Assembly (NCBI GenBank): GCA_965226925.1 | Contig: CBDDEN010000007.1 | Span: 199,998-263,997, forward strand | Origin: Longimicrobiales bacterium | Lineage (GTDB): Bacteria; Gemmatimonadota; Gemmatimonadetes; Longimicrobiales; Gaopeijiaceae | Direction of reading: 5' to 3' | DNA length: 64,000 bases | Part shown: positions 1 through 9,738 of the stretch, piece after piece | Layout: every line of letters begins with the position of its first letter | Position numbering within the stretch: the stretch's first letter is position 1 | The notes under the pieces: generated by a model | What the model was told of the DNA's origin: nothing | Database searches by the model: none | What the model saw: only the letters and a program-made list of their open reading frames with translations | Translations under genes and position numbers: made by a program

Positions 1-1067
1 GCTCTGTCACCCGTGACCGCCCGATGCGCCTCTCGCACGGCGGTCGCGACCCCTGCGTCGGGATCGGTCCGACAGGCCTCGAAGCGTCCGCCCCACCACT
101 CGACCACCGGTGGGTTGGTACGGAGAAAGGGGTCTTCCTCAGCGGCCCCGGCCACGGCGGCCTCCAAGGCGGAGCGTGCCTGCTCCGGATTCTCGCCGGG
201 GCGCACGCCGTACCGGCCCTCGAACACGACCTCCTCCGCGACCGAGGACGCCCACTCACCCCCCGACACGGTGCCTACGGAGATCGGGAATGGAAGATCT
301 CCCGGAATGCTCGGATCGCCATGGGCATTCCTCTCCCGCTCGAGTCCGTCCAGCGCCGCGAGAACACGATGTGACTTGTGGATGGCGCTCACACCCTCCG
401 ATCGAAGGGCGCCGTGGGCGGCCTTGCCCGGCACCCGCACGCGGAAGTTGAAGCAACCCGCCCCGGTGGTCGCGACCTCGAGGTTGGTGGGTTCCATCAC
501 GATCGCCCCATCGGCGCGGTACCCCCGGACGATGGTGGCCAACGTCCCCACGCCCCCGTCCTCCTCACCGATGACGCTCTCGATGTAGAGTCGTCCGGAG
601 AGCCGCGACCCCGCGTCCCGGATGGCCTTGGCGGCGAAGATGGCGGCGCACAGCCCCGCCTTCATGTCCACCGATCCCCTACCGTAGATCCGGTCGCCTT
701 CTCGGCGTGCGACAAAGGGAGAGCCGGACCATCGCTCGTGGCTCCCCGGAGGAACCACGTCCACATGGCCGTTGAGAATCAGACTGGCCCCACCGGACCC
801 GTCTCCCATGCCACCGACGACGCCGAGTCCGCGATCACGATGGCATTCGACGGCATGGGCCGGGTGTCGAGCAAGAGCCTCGAAGTCGAGGTCCCACACG
901 TCGACGTCGAGCCCGACCCGATCCATCAGCTGGGACACCCATTCCTGGGCCGGGGTCTCGTGCCCACCGAGGCTCGGAATGGACACGAGCGCACAGATCG
1001 AATCCAGGAGCCCGTCGTGATCCAGGGCCTCGAGGACGCGTCCTTCCTGTGGCGTGAGTTCTTCCAT
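1..1067 (-). CDS. M20-family metallopeptidase (ArgE/DapE/acetylornithine deacetylase-like); C-terminus runs off the window
   Basis: I translated the minus strand by hand from the ATG at 1067. It reads MEELTPQEGRVLEALDHDGLLDSI..LILNGHVDVVPPG..WSGSPF..GDRIYGRGSVDMKAG..ESVIGEEDGG.GT. These are the typical M20 metal-binding motifs (HVDVVP, GRGS.DMK, EEDGG). The ORF is absent from the track because it is open at position 1. Confidence 0.8.
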   Translation of the reverse strand, partial: MEELTPQEGRVLEALDHDGLLDSICALVSIPSLGGHETPAQEWVSQLMDRVGLDVDVWDLDFEALARHPAHAVECHRDRGLGVVGGMGDGSGGASLILNGHVDVVPPGSHERWSGSPFVARREGDRIYGRGSVDMKAGLCAAIFAAKAIRDAGSRLSGRLYIESVIGEEDGGVGTLATIVRGYRADGAIVMEPTNLEVATTGAGCFNFRVRVPGKAAHGALRSEGVSAIHKSHRVLAALDGLERERNAHGDPSIPGDLPFPISVGTVSGGEWASSVAEEVVFEGRYGVRPGENPEQARSALEAAVAGAAEEDPFLRTNPPVVEWWGGRFEACRTDPDAGVATAVREAHRAVTGDR

Positions 1068-1252
1068 GGCGGAGACGATCGGCGATGGCTCTCCGCACCG
1101 CAACGGGGAAAAGGAACAACCCGGGCCGTAAGGACCGGGCTCCCCGCCTTCGCAACCCTTGTAGCTCCGACCGGGCTGGCTCCGGTGTGGTGTGCTAGGG
1201 CCGACGCCCACGCCTCTTTCGACACGGCGCGTATCGGAAGGGCTTCGAGGGC

Positions 1253-1630
1253 CTAGGAGCCCCGCGCGGTGCGGATGAGCGCTTCGAGGTGGGCGAGGTA
1301 GTCCTCGAACCGGTCTCGCCCGTGATCCGTGAGTGAGTACTCGGATCGCGGGACGCGGTCCACGAATGACTTCGAGCACGCCACGTAGCCGGCTTCCTCC
1401 AGCTTCCTTGCGTGCGCGCTCAGATTCCCGTCGGTCGCCCCGAGTGCCTCCTTGAGCTCGTTGAAGGTCAAGCTGTCGTCCACGGCAAGGGCGCTGACGA
1501 TTCCGAGGCGAAGCCGCTCATGGATGACCCGGTCCAGGGCCAGCGGACTCCCCGGACCCCCGCCCGAAACGCTTGTCAACGTTGGCTCCCTCGCCTCTCC
1601 GCCCTCAGACCTCCGATTGGGCTTAGCCAC
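1253..1630 (-). CDS. Winged-helix transcriptional regulator (ArsR/HTH_34-like)
   Basis: 125-aa ORF. The segment LDRVIHERLRLGIVSALAV..LTFNELKEALGATDGNLSAHARKLEEAGYV..R.EYSLTDHGRDRF matches the wHTH pattern. Its start overlaps the stop of the upstream membrane ORF by 8 nt, consistent with an operon. Confidence 0.75.
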   Translation of the reverse strand: MAKPNRRSEGGEAREPTLTSVSGGGPGSPLALDRVIHERLRLGIVSALAVDDSLTFNELKEALGATDGNLSAHARKLEEAGYVACSKSFVDRVPRSEYSLTDHGRDRFEDYLAHLEALIRTARGS

Positions 1631-2273
1631 CGTACCTCCTCGCGATCAGCACACCGAACAGGACGTGAACCCCCCCGAAACCGACGGCCAGAAAGTCGTC
1701 ACCGAAGGCGGGCGGAGCGAAGAGCGCGCCTGCCCCAACCACCATGAACGAGGCGCCCATGAGGGGAATTATGCGGACCGAGAACGTGCCGGCCGTGAGG
1801 ACGGCCGCTCCGTACAGAAGGAGCCAGCAGCCGGGCATCAGATGAAAGAGCTCCGCACAGAAGAGAGCCAACGTCAGGAGGACTCCCGTCGCCATGCCGG
1901 GCACGAAGCCAAGGACGAACCGCCGCCCCTGTCCGCTCAACAGCTCTACTCCAGCCCTCTTGGTCTTCCACAGCACCGCAGACCCACCCAACGGAACCGC
2001 AATGGTGGCGGCCATGAGCCAGGTAAGGAGCCAACCCTCATTGGTGGGTTGCGCGGCGGCGATAGGTGCGGCGGCCAGCCCCACCACCCCGAGCAGGATG
2101 GACCCCAGGCCCGAGAGGGTGGTGAACCGTCCCGAACTCTCCATGGTGCCTCGGATGAACTTGAGGTTGTCCATGGCGCGCGCATGGAGGTCTACAGACA
2201 GGGCAGCCGGTTCCGGGGCATGGCCGGACTCTACTGTAGGGTCGGATTCGCGAAAGCGCTCGCCGGGGCACAT
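1623..2273 (-). CDS. Integral membrane protein, function unknown
   Basis: Several hydrophobic helices (LGSILLGVVGLAAAPIAAA, WLMAATIAVPLGG, FVLGFVPGMATGVLLTLALF). I chose the internal ATG at 2273 as the start because the longer ORF would overlap the cytochrome c gene. Confidence 0.55.
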   Translation of the reverse strand: MCPGERFRESDPTVESGHAPEPAALSVDLHARAMDNLKFIRGTMESSGRFTTLSGLGSILLGVVGLAAAPIAAAQPTNEGWLLTWLMAATIAVPLGGSAVLWKTKRAGVELLSGQGRRFVLGFVPGMATGVLLTLALFCAELFHLMPGCWLLLYGAAVLTAGTFSVRIIPLMGASFMVVGAGALFAPPAFGDDFLAVGFGGVHVLFGVLIARRYGG

Positions 2274-2401
2274 GGTCGGAATGCTAGGTATGGACCCTGG
2301 CGTTGACAAGTACTCTGTGCAACAAAGCGGCGGCCCCAAAAGCGGAAAACCAGCCGGACGCGAGGTCCGGCGGGCTCTCCCACCTCGAAGTGCTGGGTCG
2401 G

Positions 2402-2782
2402 TCAGCCGTGGCTGAGCGTCCAAACGTAAGCGGCGACCGCCTTCACCTGGTCGTCGGTGATCGCCGAACCACCCTTGGGAGGCATGATCGCACCCATGGA
2501 GTTCTTGATCTCAGCAGCCGACACACCCTTGGTGATCTGGGAGACCAGCTCGGGATAGGTTCCTCCGCCCGTCAGCCACTCGCCATCGGTCAGGCTCGGA
2601 CCCACAGCTCCGGAGCCGTCCATCCCGTGGCAAGCGGCGCACAGTCCGGCACCCATGTAGACCGTCCGGCCCTCCGCTACCATTACTGCCGTAACGCCGT
2701 CGGGCATCGACTGGGCCTGAAGGCCGGATGCGCTCACAAGGGCCACGGCGAGTCCTGCAATTATCAAGGAAATCCGCTTCAT
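2402..2782 (-). CDS. Class I c-type cytochrome, secreted
   Basis: Signal peptide MKRISLIIAGLAVALVSASG, haem motif CAACH, and a distal Met context (AIMPPKG). Confidence 0.85.
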   Translation of the reverse strand: MKRISLIIAGLAVALVSASGLQAQSMPDGVTAVMVAEGRTVYMGAGLCAACHGMDGSGAVGPSLTDGEWLTGGGTYPELVSQITKGVSAAEIKNSMGAIMPPKGGSAITDDQVKAVAAYVWTLSHG

Positions 2783-2938
2783 TTCCGTCCCCTACTCTGG
2801 TGTACGCTGTGACGACCGACGGGAGTCGTCCCGGACACTCGCCGTCAGATGAATCCACGAAGATAAAATCGCGATGGCCCGTTCCCAAGACCCCGTTGCC
2901 AACTCGCCAACCTCCCCGCGATTTCCGGCGGGCAGGTT

Positions 2939-5335
2939 CTAGAACACGGGACTCCTCGCCGGCCGGAGGATGAACAGCCCCTCCTGTGAACTGGTGACGA
3001 TGACCGTACCGCTCTCGAAATAGGGGAACGCGCTGAACGCCCCACCCATAGTCGGCGGATTTCCCTCGTACGGCGTCGTATCGAAGTAACCGATCTCCTT
3101 GGGATTCTCCCGATCGCTGATGTCCACGACCCGGAACCCGGCCTGATAGTTGGCCTGGTACATCCTGTCGCCCTTGATGTACAGGTTGTGATCGGTCGCC
3201 CTCGTCGGTCCGAAGTACTCGTTCACCAGAACGGGGTCGTCCAACTCGGCCACGTCCCACACCAGCGTCCGGGTGGTCGGGGCCAACCCGGTGAGTTCGT
3301 CCAGTTCGTCGTTCATGTAGTAGTAGCGCTGATCTTCCGTCAGCCACCCCTGATGGATGTACGCCATGCCCGGATAGGTCGCCGCCGCGAGGGGCGTGGG
3401 GGCGTCCTTGTCGGTGACGTCGACGATGCGAAGAGCGGTCTCGTTTGAGGCGAAGCAGATCTGGCGCCCCCGGAAGTCTTCGTCCGGCCCGGTGTACTGG
3501 ACGCACTGGCCGTCGTGTGTCCGGCCCTGCCAGATGAGTCCCTCCGTATCGGTATAACATCCCGCGAACGACGGATTCACGGGCTCCCTGATGTCGATCA
3601 TGTGAAGGCCTCCACCACACGTGTCGCCGCCACCGGTCGCTCCCACGGGATAGGCGAAGCCGCTCTCGGTGTCGATCACGAGGTTGTGGGCCGCCGCGAT
3701 CCCATCGTAGCGGGCATCGATCTCCCAAGTGACCGGTGGATTCGACACGACACGGAGCCTGGTGAGGTCGAACACGGCCATGCCCGTATTCCCGCTGCCG
3801 ATGAAGAAGGCGTGATCGGCATATACCTTGATGTCCTGGGCCGAGCCACCCTCAGCCAACACCAGCCCCAGATACCTGGGAGAACTCGGGTTCGTGATGT
3901 CGACGATGCCGGCGCCGCCTCGGCGTCCGACCAATGCGTACTCGCGTCGCGTCTCGGGGTCGGTCCAGCCCCATACGTCGGACACGCCACCGAGGGGACC
4001 CCCCGGGCCGGGCCGCAGGCCCAACTCGTCGAGGGGCAGGAACGCGAGAAGGTCGACGTTGCTGCACTCGAACCGCTCGGCGCGCCCTTCGGAACACGGT
4101 ACCTCCTCTCCCGCGATCAGCGTCAGGTCCGTCGTGAGGCTGAGCCACTGTGGTTGGCTCCATTCGCCGTCGGCCGCTCGGGAGTAGACCGCTGCCTGTC
4201 CTCTCCCGAACAGAGCGCCGGGCGCGCCGGCAACGGCGACGTCTCCGCTGAAGGCAACGGCCGTTCCCAGGCCGAAGCCCGCGGCCGCTCCGGACGTCGG
4301 GAGCTCGCCCGCCGGCATCCAGGGGCCGTCGGCAGAATCCCGCTGGAAGCGGTATACCGATCCCCTGCCTTCCTGAGCACCCGGCGCTCCGATCAAGACC
4401 TCGTTCCCACCGATCGCCAGTGTGGCCCCGAACAGGTCACCGACCTAGGGGTCGGGGGACGACCGCCCACCCTCATGCGTCCATACGCCACTGCCGGCAT
4501 CCCGAGCATAGGCTTGCACGCGGCCCTGCGTTTCGGCAGTCCCGGGAATGCCGACCACCGCAGAGCTTCCATCGAAGGACACCATGGCCCCGAATCGGCT
4601 CTCGGCGGCTACGTCAACGTCCGACAGGATCGCCTCCTGGCGCCAGACACCGGACTGGGAATCACGTACGAATACATAGACGGCTCCGGAAGCGCCGTGT
4701 TCCGGGGCGCCCACAAGAGCGACGTCGCCGGAGACCGCCAAAGAGGCGCCGAACCGGTCGTTCCCCTCGATGTCGGTACGCTCGAGACGAGCTCTCTCGA
4801 CCCAGGCGTCCGTTCCGCTCTCGCGCTCGAAGACACGTACACCGGTCATCCTTCTCGGTCCCCCCACCACCGCGACCAAGGCGCGATCACCGTCCGTAGC
4901 CACCGCCCGCGCGGGAGGCTGCATGATTTGCATGAGCGCGGCGACGTTCCACTCGCCCGCACCGGGCTCACCCTCGATGAGGGCGACACTCTCGGCCCGA
5001 GCCCAGGCCGTTGAGGCACCCCGGCGGAAGACACGTGCACCCCACCGCCCTTCCGCGTCGGCGGCACCGACCAGGAGGAGCTCGTCGGAGAGCGTCATCG
5101 ACGGGCTGAAGCCCTCGCCGGTCGACGCTCCGTCCGCGGAGGTCAAACGGTCCGCCAACTCCCACGTCCCGTTCGCGGCGGGCCGATAGACGTACACGGA
5201 GGCGGGGCCCTGGCCGAAGTCGGCCTTCATGACGAGCACGTCGCCCTCCACGACCCCCACGGAGCCGGCGTAGCCATCCTGTGCGACGAGTGTGTTGGCG
5301 CCTGCGAGTAGCAGGCACGTGAGCAACGACGACAT
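2939..5335 (-). pseudogene. Secreted FG-GAP-like repeat protein fused to a choice-of-anchor B (LVIVD-type) domain, interrupted by an in-frame TAG at 4445-4447
   Basis: ORFs 4445..5413 and 2939..4396 share codon phase. Translating across the stop gives ..WTHEGGRSSPDP*VGDLFGATLAIGGNEVLIGAPGAQEGRGSVYRF, which continues the repeat pattern seen upstream (RFGASLAVSGDVALVGAP). The C-terminal half has choice-of-anchor B signatures (GWTDPETRREYALVG, DIKVY, AHNLVID, HDGQCVQYTGPD, YIHQGWLTED, DHNLYIKG..YQANY). A signal peptide starts at the ATG at 5335. Confidence 0.7.
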
Positions 5336-5638
5336 GCGGCATCGGGAAGCCATGCGATCCATCCGGCAAGAAGACGCGAAAAGGTCGAACACCGGTAGGA
5401 TGGGCTCACGCATCCGTCCGGGCCAGAGGGAGGGTGCTTCAGAAGCGCCTCACCGGCGCTCCACCGTCCGCACCCGGTGACACACGTGTCCCGTCCACGG
5501 GTCACTGAAGTGCCTCGAGAAGCCAGGAAACGCCCGGTTCCAACTGGATCCGACGGTCGGCATGCATCTTGCCCTTCGGGCGTGCAGTGGGGCGGACCTC
5601 GAGGGGCACTACCTGGTCGGTCGAGTCGCCCGGATGTA

Positions 5639-6445
5639 ATGTCGAACGTTGGGTCAGCGCGCGGAGGTGGTAACGTGGACGGTCACTGCAAACGGCTCGC
5701 GAGGGGAGTCCTCCTGGCTGCGGTCGCTGCCGTGCTCTCGGTGCTTGCGGTTCCGATGACGGCCTCGGCGCAGGCGGGCGGCCCTGGCTTTCTCTTCCGC
5801 AGGCCGACGCTCTCTTTCGGCATCAAGGGCGGCTACGCCCTTCCCCAGGCCGGGAGCGAGATCTTCGACTTCGCCCGCGACGAGTTGACCCTGGAGACGG
5901 GCGACTTCGCCTCTTCCGCGTGGGGAGCTGAGATCGCGGTAAGAGCCACCGAGCGTCTGGACATCGCCGTCGGAGTGGGAGTGACCCACACCAGCAAGAG
6001 GTCCGAGTTCCGTGACTGGGTGGACCTCGACGACCTCCCGATCGAACAGACCACCACGTTCACCCGGGTGCCCACGACTCTGAGCGTAAAGTGGTACATG
6101 TGGGACCGAGGCACTTCGGTGAGCAGGTTCGTGTGGGTCCCCGAGCGCTGGTCGCCTTATTTGGGTGTGGGTGGCGGAGCGGTCTGGTATCGTTTCGAGC
6201 AAGAGGGTGACTTCGTGGACTTCGAAACCCTCGACGTCTTCTCGGCCATACTCGAGTCCGATGGCACGACCGGGACCGTACATATGTTGGGCGGGGTAGA
6301 TCTGTCTCTCGGCTCGAAGGTCGTGTTGACGGGAGAAGGCCGCTACTCCTGGGGCAGCATGGAAATGGGACGCGATTTCGTGGACTTCGACAACATCGAT
6401 CTCGGTGGCTTCCAAGCTACAGTGGGATTGTCGTTTCGCTTCTAA
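5639..6445 (+). CDS. Outer-membrane beta-barrel protein (OmpA-beta/OmpW-like fold)
   Basis: Signal peptide ..AVLSVLAVPMTASAQA, alternating beta-strand pattern, and C-terminal ..GLSFRF. The ATG at 5639 was chosen inside the longer ORF. Confidence 0.65.
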   Translation: MSNVGSARGGGNVDGHCKRLARGVLLAAVAAVLSVLAVPMTASAQAGGPGFLFRRPTLSFGIKGGYALPQAGSEIFDFARDELTLETGDFASSAWGAEIAVRATERLDIAVGVGVTHTSKRSEFRDWVDLDDLPIEQTTTFTRVPTTLSVKWYMWDRGTSVSRFVWVPERWSPYLGVGGGAVWYRFEQEGDFVDFETLDVFSAILESDGTTGTVHMLGGVDLSLGSKVVLTGEGRYSWGSMEMGRDFVDFDNIDLGGFQATVGLSFRF

Positions 6446-6464
6446 GCGGAGAGGGACATTGACT

Positions 6465-7736
6465 ATGCACGCGCATCGAGAGATCAGAACGGTGTTCACG
6501 AGAGGACTTCTCGCAGGCGCGGTCGTGATGGCGATAGCACAACCGGCGGCGACCCAGGATCGGGCCTACGATGCCCGTTGGCTTCCCTGGCTCGGATGCT
6601 GGGAGCCGGTGGCCGGCTCGGCCGCCGACGACGCACCCATGATGTGTCTGCGCCCGGTGCGCGGTGGCGAGGGCGTAGAAATGCTGACCGTGGCCGGCGG
6701 CGAGATCGTCGCCCAGGAGACCATCCGCGCGGACGGCATCAACCGGCGGACCAGTCGGGAGGGGTGTGACGGACGGGAACAAACCGCCTTCTCCGAAGAC
6801 GGACATCGCGTCTATCTGAGTGCGGAGTTCGTGTGCGAGGGGGGAGTGGAACGGACGTCGGCAGGGCTCATGTCGATGGTATCTCCGTATGAGTGGCTCG
6901 ACGTCCGGACCGTGGCTGTGGCGGGCGAGAGCGTCCCCTGGGTGCTTCGATATCAGTTGGCCGCCCGCGAAGCGGTGGAGGCCGTCGGCCTCGAGGGTAT
7001 CGCTGCCGATCGGATGATGGCCCAACAGGCGGCCCGTATCGCCGCCTCGGCGGACCTGACCGTCGAAGACATCGTCGACGCCTCGACCCGGATGGACGCG
7101 AAGGCGGTCGAGGCCTGGGTCGTCGAGCGCGGCGACCAGTTCGATTTGGATGCTGACGAGTTGCTCGTGATGGCGGAAGCGGGGGTGCCCGAAAGCGTCA
7201 TCGACATGATGGTGGCCGTGTCCTATCCCGAGCACTTCGTGGTAGACGGTGGCATGGAGGGCAGCGCCGATCTGGCCGAGTCCGACTACGCTCGTGACAG
7301 ACGATACGGCCGGGCGGGGCGCGCCGGTTATGGATACGGGCGCTACTATGACCCGTTCCACTACGATCCGTTCTTCCTGAGCCCCTTTTACTCCCCGTAC
7401 GCGGGGTACGGGTACTACTCGCCCTCCCGCTACGGATTCGGGTATGGGCTCGGCTACGGGGGGTATGGCTTCGGATACGGCGCGTACGGGACGTACCGCC
7501 CAACCATCGTGGTGGTCGGACGTCGCCAAGACGAAGGACGTTCGTCGCCACGGGCGGTCAGGGGTCGAGGGTACACCCGCGGATCGGGCGGCGGCTCCTC
7601 GAGTTCGGACGGGGCTCGTTCCCGAGGGGGTTCCTCGGGGGGCGCCTCGGCGTCGCCGGCGCGCTCCAGCTCGCCTTCGTCAGGGTCCAAAGCCTCGGGC
7701 CGCAAGGCCAGACCGAGCGGTGGTCGGACTCTCTGA
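6465..7736 (+). CDS. Secreted protein with a Gly/Tyr-rich and Ser/Arg/Gly-rich low-complexity C-terminus
   Basis: ATG at 6465 preceded by GGAGAGGGA. The signal-like N-terminus is LLAGAVVMAIAQPAATQ. The tail reads ..GYGYGRYYDPFHYDPFFLSPFYSPYAGYGYYSPSRYGFGYGLGYGGYGFGYGAYG.. followed by an RG/SG-rich stretch. Confidence 0.6.
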   Translation: MHAHREIRTVFTRGLLAGAVVMAIAQPAATQDRAYDARWLPWLGCWEPVAGSAADDAPMMCLRPVRGGEGVEMLTVAGGEIVAQETIRADGINRRTSREGCDGREQTAFSEDGHRVYLSAEFVCEGGVERTSAGLMSMVSPYEWLDVRTVAVAGESVPWVLRYQLAAREAVEAVGLEGIAADRMMAQQAARIAASADLTVEDIVDASTRMDAKAVEAWVVERGDQFDLDADELLVMAEAGVPESVIDMMVAVSYPEHFVVDGGMEGSADLAESDYARDRRYGRAGRAGYGYGRYYDPFHYDPFFLSPFYSPYAGYGYYSPSRYGFGYGLGYGGYGFGYGAYGTYRPTIVVVGRRQDEGRSSPRAVRGRGYTRGSGGGSSSSDGARSRGGSSGGASASPARSSSPSSGSKASGRKARPSGGRTL

Positions 7737-7821
7737 CCGGGCTCCGCGACGCGGGACCGTCCCGGGCCGTTGTGACGCCGGAGGGCTCAGCCCTCCGGCG
7801 TTTCTTCTGAAACCCATTGAC

Positions 7822-7872
7822 CCGATATATCGTTAAGTGTATCGGTCTGACATGTCTAGCCGATATATCGGC
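7822..7872. promoter_or_regulatory. Two copies of the palindromic box CCGATATATCG(G) upstream of padR; candidate operator/promoter
   Basis: CCGATATATCG lies at 7822-7832. The perfect 14-bp palindrome GCCGATATATCGGC lies at 7859-7872. Both sit in an AT-richer intergenic stretch 35-85 nt upstream of the PadR start. Confidence 0.4.
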
Positions 7873-7905
7873 ATAAACCCGAGTTCCAGGTGGAGGTTTG
7901 GGAAA

Positions 7906-8577
7906 ATGTTCTGCGCATCCGATTACAGTTTCGACTTCGACGCCTTCATGTTCGGTCCCAGGCGCCGCCGCGGCCGCCGGCACGCCAAGTGGAAGATCTT
8001 CGAACGTGGTGACCTGAAGTTCGTCATCCTTCGCCTCGTCTCCGAACAGCCGATGCACGGGTACGAGGTCATGAAGGCCCTCGAAAAGGAATCGGGAGGC
8101 TATTACCGCCCCAGTCCCGGATCCGTCTACCCAACGCTCCAACTCCTGGAGGACGAAGGCTACGTCACGGTCGTGGAGAAGGACGGCAAGAAGACCTACA
8201 CCATTACCGACGACGGACAGGCCTACCTAGACGAGAACGAGGACGTCATCGACGATGTCTTCGAGCGCGTGGAGCATTTCACGGACCGCTTCTTCGGTCG
8301 GGACATGAAGGACCTCTCGAGGTCGTTCTCGCGACTCGCCCAACTCACGTTCGACCAAGCCCTACAGTGGGGCGCGGAACCCGCAGACCTTGCCCGGATG
8401 AACGAGATACTGGAAAAGGCCGTCCACGACATGAAGGAAGCCCGAAAGGAAACGCGGGATCGGCGACGTGGTTCCGGGCGTGAGAAAGCGCGGAAGAGTC
8501 GCCGAGGCCGCGCCGGGCGAGAGGCCAAAGACACGGACGTGGAGGTGGAAATCGAGGTCGACCGGGACGAGGAGTAG
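7906..8577 (+). CDS. PadR-family transcriptional regulator with an acidic/basic C-terminal tail
   Basis: The segment GDLKFVILRLVSEQPMHGYEVMKALEKESGGYYRPSPGSVYPTLQLLEDEGYV is the canonical PadR wHTH. The ATG at 7906 lies 9 nt after GGAGG. Confidence 0.85.
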   Translation: MFCASDYSFDFDAFMFGPRRRRGRRHAKWKIFERGDLKFVILRLVSEQPMHGYEVMKALEKESGGYYRPSPGSVYPTLQLLEDEGYVTVVEKDGKKTYTITDDGQAYLDENEDVIDDVFERVEHFTDRFFGRDMKDLSRSFSRLAQLTFDQALQWGAEPADLARMNEILEKAVHDMKEARKETRDRRRGSGREKARKSRRGRAGREAKDTDVEVEIEVDRDEE

Positions 8578-8612
8578 GCCCGGTCAGACGGCCCCACCTC
8601 CCCGGCAGAGCT

Positions 8613-9524
8613 TCAGCCCTTCCTGCGGGAATCCAGCCCCTCCTCGAGCTCATCGAGGGTCTTCGGCCAATCCTCCCGCAACAAGCGGGACAGGGCCCGA
8701 TCCTTGAGGAGCTTCCCACCCGTCTGGCAGGGTGCGCAGTAATTGGTCTCTTTCTCGCCGTAGACGATCCGCTGGATGGGCGCTCCGCACCGAGGGCACG
8801 GCTCACCGAACTTTCCGTGTGCGCCCATGGCTGGATGGAAGGCCGTGATCTTCTCCGGAAAACGCTCGCCGAACTCCTCACGGAGGCGGGCCACCCATTC
8901 GGTGAGGGACCGGCCGGTGGCCTCGAACAGTCGCGCGATCTCCTCGGTACTCAACTGGCGTGTACGCTTCACCGGGGAAAGACCGGCCTCGAGCAGGATC
9001 TCGTCCGAGTGCGCGTTGCCGATCCCGCTGAGAATGCGTGGGTCCGTGAGGGCCCTTTTTAGGGTGCGGTTCTCATTCAGCAACGCCTCGCGGAACTCGT
9101 CCAGCCCCACCTCCAACGGCTCGACGCCGCCCGGGTCCAGAGCCGTCAGGCCCTCTTCGCCGCGAACCACATGGAGGGAGGCGCGTTTGCGGGAACTGGC
9201 CTCCGTGAGGAGGAGCGTCCCGTTGGCGAAATCCAGCGCCGCGTGAGCCCGCTTCTTGGGGATTGGAGCCCCCGACTCCTTCCATTGGAAGCGGCCGGAG
9301 ATCATGAGGTGGATCACGGCGAAGAGATCGTCCTCCAGTTCCAACACGATTCTCTTTCCGATCCTGCGAAGGCCCGTCACCTTCTTCCCCTCCAACTCCG
9401 AGACCCTGGGTGCGTACGTTCGGAGCAGTGACGGAGTGCGGATCCGGACCTTTTCGAGTACCCGTCCGATGAGGCGGCTCTCGAGGGCGTCGAGATAGGC
9501 GACGATTTCGGGAAGTTCAGGCAC
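8613..9524 (-). CDS. Formamidopyrimidine-DNA glycosylase / endonuclease VIII family (Fpg/Nei)
   Basis: N-terminal MPELPE, the H2TH region, and a C-terminal zinc finger CPRCG..NYCAPCQ. Confidence 0.9.
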   Translation of the reverse strand: MPELPEIVAYLDALESRLIGRVLEKVRIRTPSLLRTYAPRVSELEGKKVTGLRRIGKRIVLELEDDLFAVIHLMISGRFQWKESGAPIPKKRAHAALDFANGTLLLTEASSRKRASLHVVRGEEGLTALDPGGVEPLEVGLDEFREALLNENRTLKRALTDPRILSGIGNAHSDEILLEAGLSPVKRTRQLSTEEIARLFEATGRSLTEWVARLREEFGERFPEKITAFHPAMGAHGKFGEPCPRCGAPIQRIVYGEKETNYCAPCQTGGKLLKDRALSRLLREDWPKTLDELEEGLDSRRKG

Positions 9525-9645
9525 CGTTCCCGCGTTCCTTGAGTGCGAGGCGAAAGAACCGATCTTCTAGATCATGGCAAAAGGACCCACGTTCCGCATC
9601 CGCTACACGAGAATCACGGGCGGCGTCCCGCTTGACCAAGATCTT

Positions 9646-9738
9646 GGATGCCTTGCGCTTCTCGGCCGCCGCCTCGGCGCCGTCCAGGCTCGAAACGCTC
9701 ACCATCCAGCTTCATCGCCACCTGCCAGGCGACGTCGC
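9646..9738 (-). mobile_element. Remnant of an IS5-family transposase gene
   Basis: Positions 9646-9684 (39 nt) are identical to 17499-17537. Positions 9708-9738 (31 nt) are identical to 17563-17593, inside the intact IS5 transposase. These blocks encode DGAEAAAEKRKAS and CDVAWQVAMK. The 23-nt centre differs from the 25 nt found in the intact copy. Confidence 0.65.

Noticed and set aside
378-1256. 292-aa plus-strand ORF, along with other ORFs between 13 and 1225.
   Set aside because: It is antisense or out of frame relative to a clearly recognisable M20 peptidase on the minus strand. Its composition (R/G/P/A-rich, no motifs) is typical of shadow ORFs in high-GC DNA.
4445-4447. TAG decoded as pyrrolysine.
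   Set aside because: No pyl genes are present and there is no methylamine-methyltransferase context. A nonsense mutation or base error is far more likely.
2511-5014. Long ORFs 2511..3728 (-) and 3515..5014 (+).
   Set aside because: They overlap the choice-of-anchor B / FG-GAP gene in other frames. The sequences are Arg/Gly/Pro-rich with no motifs, so they are shadow ORFs.
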